Below the pieces are notes generated by a model that saw only the letters and a program-made list of their open reading frames with translations, did no database searches and was not told where the DNA came from. Shown here piece after piece: positions 13,010-27,623 of a DNA stretch of 64,000 nucleotides. This DNA is from Octopus vulgaris (Eukaryota), in the NCBI GenBank assembly GCA_951406725.2, contig OX597828.1, forward strand, positions 4,960,001 to 5,024,000, in the 5' to 3' direction. The position numbers and the translations under genes are program-made. How positions within the stretch are numbered: the stretch's first letter is position 1; each line of letters begins with the position of its first letter.

Positions 13010-14640
13010 TTCATGGACCGTTGCTGTTCTAGTTTTAGTTTGGATTTCATTTGTTTTATAGATTTTGTTGTTTCTCCTTCTTCTTCATATTTGTTAGGTA
13101 GTATGATTTTCTGTTTTTATTTGTCAGCTTCCTTAAATACTGTGACCAGTCTTTTGTTTTTTTCCTGTTTTGTGGCTATTTGTATTAGTTTTCCTTGCTT
13201 CTAATGTAAGTATTTTTGCATTCCTATAGTGGTTATTTTATAATCGTCTTTCAGCTGTATAAAGCCTCTACCACCTTCTATGGGTTGTATATATAGCCTT
13301 ACTATGTCAGATTTTGTGTGGTGCATCCTAAATCCTGTCATTATTTTTCTTGTTTTCCTGTCTATTTTGGTTACTTCAATTAGTATCCAGTTAAGGATAT
13401 TGTAGCTGTAACTCATAACTGGGTCGGCTAAAGTGTTAATCCCTACTATCTTGTTTTTAGCATTGAGCTCTGTTTTTATTATTGATCTAACTCGTCTATA
13501 GTATTCTTTCTTTATTTTCTCTTTCATGTGTGTGTGTTGTATCATATGTAGTTCATGGATTCCTAAATATTTGTATGTCTGGCTTTGGTCTAATTCTTTT
13601 ATTTCATTAGCTTTATCCAGTGTGATGTTGCTGCTCTTAACTAGTTTTCCTCTTTTCATGGTTGCTTTTGCACATTTTTCTGATACAAATTTCATATCTA
13701 TTTCTTCGGTAAATCCATGTACTGTCTGTACTAGTGTTTCCAGCTGTTTATCATTTGTAGCTTATAGTTTTAGGTCATGCGTATATAAAAAGTGGCTGAT
13801 TGTTTTGCCGTAACATTTGTATCCGCATCCAGTTCTATTTAGCATGTCAGATAAAGGTGTCAGTGCCAAGCAGAAAAAGAGTGGGATATTCCTCTTCTAA
13901 TGGGGATAACTTTGGTTGTCACGAGTCCCTCTTTTGTTTGGAGCTTTAGTACTGTCTGCCATGTATTCATAGAGTGTCTTATGTATTTCATAATTATTGG
14001 TGCTACCTTGTTAATGGCTAGTGTTTCGAGGATTCACGTGTTGGGAATACTATCAAAAGCCTTTCGGTATCCTATCCAAGCCATACTGAGGTATTTCTTC
14101 TTTCTGCGGCTGTGTACAGTTATGGCTTTATTGATCATTAGTTGATCTTTACAGCTCTATGAGCCCTTGCAGCATCCCTTCTGCTCTTCTGGAAACAGGC
14201 TGTTTTCTTCCAGATACTTGCACAATCTCTGCGATATTATTGCAGTAAAGGGATTTTAAATTGTAGGGAGACAGTTTATAAGTATGTAGCTTTTTGGTTT
14301 TGCCGTTTCAGTGGATTTGGGAATTAGGATTGTTTTCCCTTTCGTGAGCTATTCAGGCATCGTCTCTGGCCTTGCTACTACGTCGTTAATGTTTTCAGCC
14401 AGATTTTTGTGTATACCTGTCAGATATTTTAACCAGAAGTTGAGGATCTTGTCGTGCCAGGTGCCTTCCAGTTGATTAGTCTTTGCACCGCTTGGGTGAC
14501 CTCTTCAGTTGTTATAGGGGTCCAGAATTGCTCAGGTGCTAAGTTCGTTGTTTTAATAGTCTGAGGTTGTTCCCCCACCGACCACATTTCTCTCCAAAAT
14601 TGTTCCACTTCTGCTGTTGGTGCTGCAGTCTATTTTATTT
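13010..14640 (-). mobile_element. R4/Dong-type LINE, degraded RT
   Basis: EKCAKATMKRGK..YKYLGI..IDRKTRKIMT..RLYI..EGGRGFIQL; upstream degenerate EQKGC and YRKAFDS motifs. Confidence 0.85.
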
Positions 14641-14649
14641 TTGTCCTCA

Positions 14650-14900
14650 AAGACATTTAAATGGATATGGGATTTCTAAGGATGTGTGTAGTACTTGTTG
14701 GTACAATCTTTCGGATTTCTCTGAGACATGGTTCTCCTGATATTTTCTAGAAGTTTCTGACATCTCTTTTTCATCATTCCCAAGGCACCTATAATGACAA
14801 AAACAGTCCTTGCTTTAAGATGCCAAATATTTTGTATTTCAATTTCCAGTTCATTATATTTACTTACTTTGTCAAATTCCTTTATAGATACATTATGATC
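14650..14900 (-). mobile_element. R4/Dong-type LINE REL fragment
   Basis: Minus strand reads approximately K..KY..LEIEI..IW.LK..TVFVIIGALG, degenerate. Confidence 0.55.
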
Positions 14901-15014
14901 AGTCGATTATACTCGCCTTTTGGGGTCGATGAAATAATTACCAGTTATTTGCTAGTAATCGACTATACCCCTCTCTTAAAATTGCAAGCCTTGTGCCTAT
15001 AACAGAAAGGATTA

Positions 15015-15104
<90 letters not shown>

Positions 15105-15106
<2 letters not shown>

Positions 15107-15337
15107 TAGTTTTATTTTTATAGCGTGCTTTCACTTCACTACCGAGCGCAGCTCTGTGTGCCTTAGGTATGTGCTGTGATTTGTTGTGATGCTCTGATGG
15201 TTATTATAAGGAAAGTGTTCTGCGTAGGATGTGTGCAGTGCCTAGTAGTGCAATTTTCTCTATGTTATATGTGTTTGTAAGTCCAGGTGTTTTTGTTATG
15301 TATTTGTCTGAATATTTTTTATCATGCCTAATGCACC
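15105..15337 (-). mobile_element. 5'-truncated Dong-like 3' end embedded in an (ATT)n array
   Basis: NIEKIALLGTAHILRRTLSL plus a 3' UTR, with ATT repeats on both sides. Confidence 0.8.
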
Positions 15338-15403
<66 letters not shown>

Positions 15404-15499
15404 TATTATTATTATAATTATTATTATTATTATTATTATTATTATTGATTTGACTCGGGTTTGGTCTCATTCCTGGAAGAATATAGGTGGGTAGCAGGT

Positions 15500-15740
15500 T
15501 AAAGCCGTAATTTTAGGTATCCACTAGCTTTCAGCAGTCTCTTAAGTTGTTAGAACCCTCCTGATAATCTTCCTGTGTCTAAGAGTCACACTTTCTGTAG
15601 AAGCTCTACTGGACATTCTAGTTCAATCTCTAACCATTTGTCTATATCTTCGCTTACAATTCCCACTACACCAGTTATTATAGGCACAACCTTTACAGTT
15701 TTCATATTACAAGGATTTGCAATTTCAAATTTTAAGGGAT
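15500..15740 (-). mobile_element. R4/Dong-type LINE 3' fragment
   Basis: Degenerate VKVVPIITGVVG..LQK..LL.T.R motif on the minus strand. Confidence 0.55.
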
Positions 15741-16859
15741 TCTATTTTTTTATTCCTTTATTGCTATTATTAATATTGTTATGAATTCCGCCGAGCTGGA
15801 ATTTTGTTTTCATCGTTTCATGGTGAATGAAATAAGCATCAGTCGAAAATTGGGGTCGAAGTAATTGACTTAATCCGTTTGATAATCAAAGATACATTGT
15901 TTCCCAACAACATTCTGCCGGGGATCGAGATCTTTAAAAAACTATTAGAATGTTAGGGTATATAAGAATAGTGGATTAAATAGGTTACATACATATTCCT
16001 GTTTAAATTGCTCGGTTTCCTTATTTTTACCACCCTTCGTGCTGCTAAAGATATTTAACCGACGATTTTCTTTTAATATTCTCTATAGTTTGGTAGTATC
16101 TGTAACTTTGATTTATGAATGATGAAATAAGCGAGACATACTATTGTTTAAAGAGTGGTGTGGGGAAAAAATTAGGACATTAAATCCTTTGAATCTAATG
16201 CTCTACAAGTATAAATCTCAGACTTAGGATTGAATTCTTCAATCTACAATATTTTTCTTATAAACATCCATGCAATTGTGTGTACCTGTGCTTGTTTATG
16301 TATATGTGTGTAAGCGTATGTGATTGTATATTTATGCAAGTGTTTGCGTGAGTCGTATTTTACGAGCATGCGTGTGAATACATGCGTACCTACGTTTTTT
16401 AAAGATATTTCATAATAAGAGGATTAAATCAAAATTCCAAATTGATATTCATTGAATTTGAGTTCAATGATCATATTCTTCCTATTTATCTGAATTAGAA
16501 ATACTTTTCCCTTTATATTATTTTAACTGGTGTTTTTAATGAGTCTTAAATTATTTTCTATTATGAAGTTACTGTAGGATTTTTTAAAGAAATTTCTAGA
16601 TTCCATGGAATATTTTACTGATTATTAATTAGGATAAAGTTATTAATTAAGCATAATCTGTTTAAAATTGTAAAATAATAATTACAGAAATTCAAGTTTA
16701 TCATTCTGATTACAATGGCAACTGTATATTAATAAAGATTCAAGGAGATTTTTATAATCCTATTCACGAAGTATTTTACATTCTCCCTGTTCTGGATCGA
16801 TGGTAATGAAAATTCGCTTAAGTGAATGATGTTTGACGCTATTTTAAGTACTGGCTTAA

Positions 16860-18690
16860 GTTTCAATGATTGCTTTCTCAGCTTTATTGATTTAGTGGTA
16901 TTGACATTATGCATAAATGACCAAAGCTGTTCGTAGCATATATTCATCTATTTGATGTTTGCAGTTTTAATGAGCGTCTTGTACTGCTGACCTACATGCA
17001 TAGAAATTTGCAAACGTAGATTTAATAAAGGACACTATGCATGATGTTAAGTTACATCTGCCGTGATAAATGTTATTCGATATTATAGAACGCGCGCACG
17101 TGCGTCTGTGGCTGACCGTAGAGGACTTGAAATGTCCATGCATTAAATTGCATGTTGTTTTCATTATCCTAATTATATATGTCATCTTGGTCTTCTCGTA
17201 GAAGATTCCTTGACTGCTTGTACTACTTTTGTGTCGTTCATCGGCACAGCTTGTGAATATAGCTGACTGTGTAACTGATAGCATATCCGAAAGAGCTCAA
17301 TACCTGTGTACTGAGGCACGCCACTCGCTGTTGTTGTCTCCATGGAGAGGGCCTCATTGGCTGCCACAGCCTGGATTGTATCTGGATCAACAAAGACACA
17401 GGAAACCATATAATCATTCTCACAGTTTACGACTATACCGAGTACCGTAGTTTCTAACATCCGACGATCAACTGTATTAAAGGCTTTTGCAAAATCCATA
17501 TATATATCACATTCACATCTGAGCGATTCATTACTTGCTTCAACACTCCGTTATAATGCTGAAGAAGGCAGCTTCTCCCTGAGCAAAAGTCATGTTAGGT
17601 GTCAGGGATCAAGTCATTATCTTCTAAAAATCATGCTCAGCTTGCTTTCGGCAATGCCTTCCATGAATTGGCTGACATCTGACGTTAGACAGATAGGGTT
17701 ATATTTTAATTAGCATCTACTCTGCACCTCCTCTAACTTTCTGGAAAGTCTCTACTTTGCAAGGAAGCTTTGGAAAAGAATCTGTAATGATCTTGCTAGA
17801 GTTCCTTTGCATTTGGTTAGGTGAGCTTGGTTTAAGCTCATTTCATCAATGACTGATATTACATTAGTTTCCTCGATTTCGATATCATTAATAATTGCCA
17901 TCTGTCTGTGATGCTGAAGAGTTCATAAGGCATAACTACTTGCACAAGTCTCATCGGACTTGTGTAAACACTTTTGCATTACACACTCAACATTTCATTT
18001 ATCCACTGGGGGTCTGCAGTCAGTGAGTCATTTTCTTCGAATTATCTTCTGTTGTATTGAGGCTGATTCTTTTGCAAATCTATAGAAGGCTTTAGGGTTT
18101 GCCTTTACATCCGCATATCTCCATTGTGGAAGCATTGTGATTTGTGACTTGATTTTGTGTCCTTATCGATCCTGATCGAAGTTTATGTCATCTCGAGGTA
18201 AGGCGTCCATGACCGATCTTGCAGTGAGAAAAACCCGTAGCGTTGATATAAAACTTGGGATGACCAAATATGCGCCTTGTCTCAAAGTCTCAATGGCAGC
18301 AGGTACCCTTTGCGTAAAACTTACAACCATCTTGGATCTTCTGGATTAGAGAATTTTTGTTTTAGCAAGTGCTACTTCGTTTTGTTTTTGCACTCACCTT
18401 ATACCCATGACAATCCACAGTTTGCTTGCTTGTGTTTTCATCTTCATCTTTAGTGTCTTCTGTTTTTTTCTGGTGAACCTTTGCTTTGCAGCTATTGTTT
18501 TCCATGGATTCACAATTGTACAGAGTGGTGATATTTGTTTTGCTGTGTTCCTTTCTCGCAGTCTAACCATAACAATTCGAGGATTCCTTTAAGTTAGTCG
18601 GGGGTGGGGGTTGCCTGCTTGTGGTTTAACCTCCTCCTTCAATATACTGTCTAACAACTCAATGTGCAGTTAACCAAGACATAGGAACGA
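16860..18690 (-). mobile_element. CR1/L2-like LINE remnant (RT plus probable ORF1 CCCH finger), internally deleted
   Basis: DVIYMDFAKAFNTVD, SGVPQ and ADDTKV in shifted frames; upstream GCKFYAKGTC..FGHPK resembles a CCCH zinc finger. Confidence 0.7.
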
Positions 18691-19490
18691 ATGAATTTCT
18701 TCTTTTTCCTTTCGATTTCAGCCATGGTTCGGTGAAACTAAAACTCTTCAAGGTTTCAGCAATTAGAGTGCTTGGTGAGGATTCTTCTGCATAGTTCCAA
18801 GGAAACGAATTACTGGATGTTCACTACAGCTCTTTCAGACGATTTATTGGTGAACAAATAGTTTACAAATTGAAAACGAAAAACACTTTTGTTTAGGGGA
18901 ATAAAAATTGGATTTCAAAATTGAACATTTTAGATTGGGATCACAACGAATATAATGTTCCTTAACTCCCTCATGTCGGTGACGATCAGATCTTTATAAC
19001 ACAATACAAAATTTTGTCTATTTTCAAGAGAAGTCTGTACTGGTTACTTTTAAAGTCGGATGTCAATTTACCTGGATACAATGCGGATTTGGAACTCGGG
19101 CTTCCAATATTTCTCACCTCTAGCATTATTTCTTCACTGTTAGCCTACGATCTTTTCAGGCCATCCTCGTATAAAATGATCATGTTATCGGAGATTAAAC
19201 ATACATTCTTATTCGCCAAAGTTAGAGATGAGCAGGAAAATACAACAGAACAAAAAATAAGATCTGTCGAAGTAAAAGAAGAATACAGCATAAATTCCAC
19301 GTTTCATATGGTAGAGCAACGAAATGTTCTAGATTGTGAAGAAGAATACTGTAGCATTTCTGGATTCGATTGATTTCAATTAAATCATGGAAAATGAAAC
19401 AAAATATCTTTGGTTTCCAACCCTTTGCAATACAGAATGACTATATGATTTTCTACGTCAAAAAGTGAGTCAGTGCTTTGCAAAAGATAC

Positions 19491-19619
19491 CTTTCTGAGA
19501 GACTGGATGCATAAGACATTATCCATGCACAGGTGTTGCTTGTTATTACAGATGGTCCGATTAAGTATTTTGAAGTGTCGAAATTATTTGACATCACTTT
19601 TCTAATATATTCCGTTCGG
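19491..19619 (-). CDS. Candidate 129-nt internal host exon, unknown protein
   Basis: Poly-T-AG acceptor, AAG|gtatct donor, length divisible by 3, and one open frame (RTEYIRKVMSNNFDTSKYLIGPSVITSNTCAWIMSYASSLSE) in non-repetitive-looking DNA. Confidence 0.3.
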
Positions 19620-20787
19620 CTAAAAAAAAAAACATTGATTAGCTATCATTAAGAGTAGTAATCAAAATCACTATGAGTGAAACTTCGGTAATACAAGTGA
19701 GCCTCTAGGCATCATCAGGAGCACAGAGTCAGTTATCTTGTCTTAATAATAACGGTCACGGAGTCAACGTATCGAAAAATATGAAAAGGATATCAGTAGT
19801 GCATTGTGTCTCAGGAGGCATGCGCTATCTTTGACTTAATTTCCATCAAATACATGTTTGGTTGAGTGTATGTGCCTGAAGTTAGAGGTGCGGTCGTGTG
19901 TGTATATATATAACTGTATTCGAAGTATGCATTGCCAAAAACTATAGTACAAGACTTACAATGTATTCTGTTCTGAAGACTAGTACATCATAATTTTTTT
20001 TAGGTATCTTCTCTTAATATGATATCTAAAAACCTGTAATCACGCTATATAATATTCACTCGTCTTACTCAGCGTCGATACAATACCCACCATTCATACA
20101 CTGTTTTCTGTCCAATGCGATCTATATTGTTCCCATTAAAATTCCTGAACAATTAGTTAATACACGATATGAACATGTATAAAAAAAAAAACTTATTCAG
20201 TTTCTTTATATGAAATTATTATTATTTCTGAGATAAAGATTTAAATTTAAATTCTTAAGCATTTTTGAAAACTAACCCATTGTTACCATAACCTCCATTC
20301 AATGCCATAGGTTTAGTGTGAAAAGCAGATTCTCTAAATGGAAAATATATTCTTTGCAATCACTATGTGAAACATAAAATGAATCTGAAAATAACTGAAG
20401 AAAATTACTACTGAGAATAAGTTATTCGGAGTTCGCAATTGAACGCTTGGTAATATGAATGCAAGTATTGTTCTATTAGCAGGTTATGCTGTTAATCCTG
20501 CTAATAAAACTACTGCTGCTACTACTACATTTTTCCAATCTAATTAGCAATGAATTATTTATGTTCTTACAGTTGTTTTACTTAGAACAAATTACATCCA
20601 GATTTTTTCATACACGTGTGCTAAAAAGAAGCATAAATAAATGAATAAAAAAGTAAAATTTTCAATTAAACTTGAAATAACAAAACCATAAGTAGATATG
20701 TATGTCGCATACAGGTACACTCATCAGTGCATACACCCTCCCTATAAAAAAAATTCACTGGAAATATAAATATTAATAAACATATAA

Positions 20788-21463
20788 GCGTAGGAGTGGC
20801 TGTGTGGAAGTAGCTTGCTTACGAACCACATGGTTTCGGGTTCAGACTCACTGCGTGACACCACGGTCAAGTGTCTTCCAATATATATTTCTTTACTACC
20901 CACAAGGAGCTAAACACAGAGGGGACAAACAAGGACAGGCAAACGAATAGGTCGATTACATCGACCCCAGTGCGTAACTGGTACTTAATTTATCGACCCC
21001 GAAAGGATGAAAAGCAAAGTCGACCTCGGCGGAATTTGAACTCGGAACGTAACGACAGATGAAATACGGCTACGCATTTCGCCTGGCGCGCTAACGTTTC
21101 TGCCAGCTCACAGTGTCTTCTAATATAGCCTCGCACTCACCAAAGCCTTGTGAGTGGATTTGGTCGACGGAAACTGAAAGAAGCCCATCGTATATATGTA
21201 TATATACATATGTATGTGTGTGTGTGTGTGTGTGCGTGTGTGTGTATATATGTTTGTGTGTTTGTGTTTGTCTCCCCAACATCGCTTGACAACCGATGCT
21301 GGTGTGTTTACATCTCCGTAACTTAGCGGCTCGGCAAAAGAGACCGATAGAATAAGTACTAAGCTTACAAAGAATAAGCCCTGGGGTCGATTTGCTCGAC
21401 TAAAAAGGCGGTGCTCCAGCATGGCCACAGTCAAATTACTGAAACAAGTAAAAGAGTAAAAGA
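20788..21463 (+). mobile_element. SINE family A, interrupted by a family B SINE
   Basis: Head at 20788-20885; the rest resumes at 21112. Confidence 0.85.
20886..21109 (-). mobile_element. tRNA-type SINE, family B, nested in family A
   Basis: gagctggcagaaacgttagc..gagttcaaattccgccgaggtcgac..; flanked by the duplicated sequence agtgtcttc(c/t)aatata. Confidence 0.85.
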
Positions 21464-22039
21464 ATATATATGCTCATATATAGACATACAATTTATTTTA
21501 TATACTTTATCTGTTCACGCATTTATTTTGTGATGAATATAATCATATCGCACTGTACCGTTTGAACACTTTTTGGGTGGTACTGTTACTGATTTATTAG
21601 TATGCCAACGATAAGATTGCTTCAACTTTTCCCTTTCCTTATGTTGCACTAGTTTAGCGGAACCAATAATGTATTTTTAAATGTTTTCAGGTGGCAATAT
21701 ACATCAAATTAACAAATACAGATAAGTGATGTTCCACGACTCATTGATTCTAGGACAAAATATGAAATAAATATCTCATTGATCAGCTCTCAAATTATGT
21801 TCCAGGAGAATTCAGCGATGAAGAGGGACCAATTCTCAAGCCGGCAAATTGTCCTTACAGCCGACTGCTTCGCTTCGCTGCGGAGGAAAAAGAGACATCT
21901 AGTTCACAGCCTGAAAGCAAATATTGAGTCGAGCCCGAATGTATAAAACAGCTTCATTCATAGTCCAGCCTGGTAATGGTTGATCTGATGTTACACTCAC
22001 AATGTTGAGTAACAATTATGTGTAGAACTACTTCAACAG

Positions 22040-22077
<38 letters not shown>

Positions 22078-22247
22078 ACAAAACACAGCAAGACATCTTT
22101 CACATTTTCCTTCACTATTTCCTATAGAAAGAAAGGCGACAGGAAAAATACTTCCATTTTATTTGTTATGATAACTAGGTTTTATAATATTTATGTCCTT
22201 TTTGAGTCCCTCGGAATGATGTTCACTTTGTATATATATATATATAT

Positions 22248-22439
22248 TTGGTTTTTGGATTTGGTTTGCAAGATTCTTTATATGAGTTCGTGCGTTGAAG
22301 CATATTCTGTTGTGTCTGGGGAGAGTCATTCTCTTTTAGTGCCTTTTTATTTAACACACTCACAGGTAAAATTTCCACTTATTTCTTATCTTTATTTTCT
22401 AAATTTTTCGTTGCGTCTTGCAACCTTTTCAATAGTCTT

Positions 22440-22445
<6 letters not shown>
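22248..22445 (-). mobile_element. Penelope-like remnant between (TA)n tracts, one arm of a foldback
   Basis: Ends in the palindrome centre atagtc-tt-gactat next to an HHR-like motif. Confidence 0.5.
22399..22435 (-). ncRNA. HHR-like motif with U3-A8 core
   Basis: cta-TTGAAAA-g-gttgc-aagac-gcaac-GAAAAATT-tag; stem III is imperfect. Confidence 0.5.
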
Positions 22446-22512
<67 letters not shown>

Positions 22513-22754
22513 TGTATGTATGTATGTATGTATGTATGTATGTATGTATGCATGTATGGATGGATGTATGTATGTATGTATGTATACATGTATGTATGTG
22601 TGTGTGTGCACGCCTGTGTGTATGTGTATAATGTGTGTGTGTGTATGTGTATAATAATCAGGCAATAATCTGATAGCTCTGCGTCAGCAAGAATTGAAAA
22701 AATATGGAAAAAAGTGAAAAGGGTACAGTGAACGTGCCGTGAGGAGTGGAATAT

Positions 22755-22785
22755 CCAACGTTTCGGAATGAATCCTTCGTCAGGG
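22755..22785 (-). ncRNA. Minimal type I HHR (Penelope-type)
   Basis: cc-CTGACGA-a-gga-ttcat-tcc-GAAAC-GTT-gg; canonical core, but stem I is only 2 bp. Confidence 0.6.
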
Positions 22786-23176
22786 GGCCGAGGAAAAATA
22801 GAAAGAAAAAGAAGAAAAAAGTCAGAGTTTACATCTTCTCAGCACGTATTTGACTAGCTTAGAAAAGAGAAAAGGCGTATCGAATTTGATACAACTTAAA
22901 CTCCTTATAAAGTGCTGATATATGTATATGTGTGTGCACGTACCCATGTATTTATGTTGGTGCATGTGTAGGTATGCTTAAAAATATGTGCGTGAGTTTG
23001 TGAGCATGGCTATACCATCTCACATACGCACATATAGAATTTTGCTACATGTCATTGTTTATATGTCAATGATCTTTAACTGATAGTGATGAGCACCGTT
23101 CCTGCTTTGTTTTATTTATGATAGGTCAAGAATCGATTCCATCATATCTCAAGTGCTTGTTACGCAGCTGGGTATA

Positions 23177-23293
<117 letters not shown>

Positions 23294-25283
23294 GTGTGTG
23301 TCTACACACACTTATATACGCACATATAAGGGTGTATTTATAAATGGCTACATAAATATATAAGTATCGTATATTTCTCTCTCTTTTTCTCTCCCTCTCT
23401 CTTTTTGTATATTTGTATATATATATATATGCACACACATACATAAATAAATATGGATATATATCAATGTATATATATGTATGCGTGTATTTATTTATAT
23501 ATACATACATATACATACATACATATATATACACATATATATACGCACACACATATATATATATATACAAACACACTGACACACACACGCACACACATAT
23601 ATATATATATACGCATATACATGCATACATATGTATGCATATGTATAGAGGGTGCTGATTAATATCTCGATATTAAACGATTTTTTCCGCTTATCAAGGC
23701 ATATTTGCTCATGATTGGCATCTTCAGCTAGATTTATCTCACCCTATTCATATGCAATACTTTCTTGCTCCATATTATTAAATGTTGAGATATATAGCAG
23801 CGAGGTTAAAATAGCCTATTTGTATAAGCTAACTCCTGCTTATATCAGAGAAACGATCATAAATATAATGTCTTAGTTTTATCATAACATGATTCTAGAC
23901 ATGATTGTTGTATTCATATAAATTACTATTATGTGACGGTTCCTGCTGCCGGTCAGCCGGTCAATGAACACGCCGATAGCTTATATACGGAATATAGCCA
24001 ACCAGGCAATATAGCAAAATACGTTACATAATAACCCTCGACTTACGCTCAGTCGAAAATTCAATTCTAATAAATGTTTTACCTTGATAGGTTAATAGAT
24101 ATATGTATTGTAATCATAACTGTGATTTCAGCGTTTATGCGCTAAAATATATGGAAAATACAAATGGTTGTTTGCATTGCCTTATGTTCAGCTTGCACAC
24201 GGAGAATTGTTTTTAAAAACTACTAGGTCAGCGGTTTTGTCATAATACATAAACCTGACTAGCGTATCTATGAAACATTACCTCTTTCTCTAATCAATAT
24301 GCGTGAGTTTACATTTCTAGATAAAGGTGGGTACACATACGCACACAAACACACACACACACACACACATACACACACATACACACACAAAGACCCACGC
24401 GCACGCGCACACACACACACACACACACATACTGTATATTGCATGTGTAATAAGAAGCAAAGTAAAACGTCAAGACACATCCCCTTGCATCTTCACTGAG
24501 ACTGAGGTGAATCGTTCAATTATTGATTTATTCATACCTCACGGCAATCCAGTGTATTGAAGATCTTTGGTTTTGTTTTTCGAATTTTGTTTTTGTTGTT
24601 GTTTTTCGAAAAACTTCCTATCCTACATTTTGTAGAAGAACAAAACGTTACATACACAAGTTGAAAACAAAGAATAAAAAATAAGCGCAACGAATGTGAG
24701 ATCTTTTGTAAAATACTCCAAAAGAAGATTTCCAACAAGTTGCAGATAACCTATTAAAATATATTAAACTGATTTTCAAGACAATGGTAAAATATCAAAA
24801 TAACAGTTCAAGGATCAATTTCAAAATTTATGGAAAAAGAAATTTCATGAAAAGCATTGAAGTCTATTCTGGATTTTAAAAAAATAATTGTGAACAATTA
24901 ACTGAATCTCTTGAACTGAATTATTGTCTTAGATTGACATTTCATTCAAGAAACTATAAGATCATAATTTTTTTTTTATTTCAATGATTTATAAATCTGC
25001 ACTGTATACTGTGGGTTATATGAAATATGATGACCATCGACGCTAGAAACATATCGATTCCGATGTCGATTTTGACGTACGATTTATCTACTTCGTCCAT
25101 CCACAATATAACTATTCATTGATTTGTCAGTGGTTGAATATTCCATAAAGTATGAAAATGTAAGCAGAATGCTTAAAACATTCCTAATTCAGAAACCAAG
25201 TGGCACAAGTGATTGCTGATATATCAACTATTGTTAATCAGTCTGTTTCCCACAGAGTATGACTTTTCACGTACGTAATAAAG

Positions 25284-25830
25284 TACAAGGGTTGTACCCA
25301 AAATAAACGGGAAGTTTGTAATATTATTTTATTCACTTAATTTCACATGTTTACATTTTTATCGCTTTCAAACTATTCTCCATTTGAAGCAATGCATCGG
25401 TTCAGACGCGTGTTCCATGCTTAGAAGCAGTCATAGAACTCTTGCAAAGTGATGCCTTTTAACGCCCCCATCGATTTTTTTTCACTTCTTCCACATCTTC
25501 AAAATATTTTTCTTCCAGGAAATTTTTCATTCGGGAGGCAAAAAAAAATTGCAGAGAGCAAGATTGAGTAAACAGGGATGGTGGACAAACAGGGTCATCA
25601 CATAAGGCAGTGTGCGAAGGTACATTGTTGTGATGAAGCCACCACTCACCACCTAGCCACTGGTCGGAGCGGTTTCGTCCCGCCACGTCTCGCAAACGCT
25701 TCTGAACTACTAAGCAAAATGTCTAGTTAACAGATTTACCAGGTGGAACAAATACTGTGGGGACAATTCCTTTCGCAACGATGAAACAAATCAACATCGT
25801 CTTGGCATTGGACTTCATATGACGCACTTT
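25284..25830 (-). mobile_element. mariner transposon remnant
   Basis: TIR tacaagggttgtacccaaaa; WWLHHNNVPSHTAL, KTMLICF and degenerate PYSPDLAP; same family as 57362. Confidence 0.8.
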
Positions 25831-27261
25831 GGGGTGGGGTGGGGGGCTTGGTGACATTGCTTCCGTTGACTTGATTGCTGCGTACACAGACACAAAGAAA
25901 CTCACTCACATACACACACACACTCACACACACACACACACACAAACACGCATATATTCACAGTTTTTATTGTAAGTATTTACATGTTCGAGATTGCTTA
26001 TTCAATTTATCTTCAAACTATAGAGCTCCAAACATAATGAGACCCTCGAAGTCTCCTTATAGGGATCCAGTTCTTCTGTATATTTGTGTGTGTGCATCTC
26101 TGTATCTTTGTGCGTGTGTGTGTGTGTGTGTGTGCACCTATACGTGTAGAGGAGTGTGTACATATACGTATATACACACGTAGAAACATATACTTCATGC
26201 ATGAATAGATACGTAGTTGCTGGCCAACAGCTATAATTTATGACAACCTTTTTCGCTACCCTCGTCTTACGGAAGTTGATGCCCTGCCTCACTGTCAGGG
26301 ACTTCACGAACAGAAATAAATCTCTATTCTCAAGCATAACGGTGCTTGAACAGAGGCGGCAGATTCATGACCCAATACTACACCCCCCCGTGCACCCTCA
26401 AACATGCGGAAGTTATAGAGACATGTATTCTACAATCTCTGACTCAACTGCTGTTACGATTACTGCAATACAAGGTCCACTGTCGGTTCATATTTTCTTT
26501 GAAATCCATGCCTTAAATGCTCAGAATCTAATTGGAAACAGAAGGCCATGCACATTAACTTTGACGGTGAATAATACTGGTGCAATGCAAAGGTCACTCT
26601 AAATATTTAATGCCATAAATCTAGCCACAAGATGTAAGATAATAAACACTACAAAAATCTCATGCATGTTTTGTCCAAGAGTATCCTTCATTGGTATATA
26701 TTTTAGAAATGCATATGCAAGTCCACACGCGCACACTCTCTCACACATATACTCACGAATATATCTATATGCCGATTTATACATTTTGAATAGGCTTTCA
26801 TTTGCTAATGTTACCTACCATTTCACATTTTCCCCTTTCATTCTGTACTATATCCATAGATCACTTTCTTCATAGGTATTATTGCGGTAGTTGCCAATGT
26901 AATTTTACCGTAAATTTGAGAATAATCATTAATATTAATATAATATAAAATTTGAAGCAGATATATGTCTTTTTATAGAATAGTGTTCGAACATGCAGTA
27001 TCAATAGAATAAAAAATATAGAAATAAGTGAAATATTAAATGCATAGCCATACTTGGGCACTGCCTTGAAGAATGTGTAGCCGAATGAATTGATCACTCT
27101 TTCTCTCTCTCTCACACACACACATACATACATACATACATACATACATACATACATACATACATACATACATACATACATACATACATGCATACATATA
27201 TACGTACATACAATTATATATATATGCGTGTGTGTGTGTTTATGTGTGTGTATTCTCTCTG

Positions 27262-27478
27262 AATTCTTTTATTCTTTTACGTGTTCAGTCATTTGACTAC
27301 AGCCAAGCTAAAGCAGCGCTTTTAGTCGAACAAATCGACCCCAGAACTTATTCCTTGTAAGCCCAGAAATTATTCTACCGGTCTCTTTTGCTGAACCGCT
27401 ATGTTACGTGAACGTAAACACACCAACATCAAGCGAAGGTGGGTCTAACAAAAATAGACACAGACATATACATATCTA

Positions 27479-27555
<77 letters not shown>

Positions 27556-27568
27556 CTTTTTCTGTCTC

Positions 27569-27623
<55 letters not shown>

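Noticed and set aside
19014-19373. 119-aa plus-strand ORF
   Set aside because: No recognisable domain or splice support; overlaps a mariner-TIR-like remnant at about 19140-19172.
21804-21928. GC-richer patch with possible small exon on either strand
   Set aside because: Splice signals are ambiguous on both strands and the peptide is unrecognisable.
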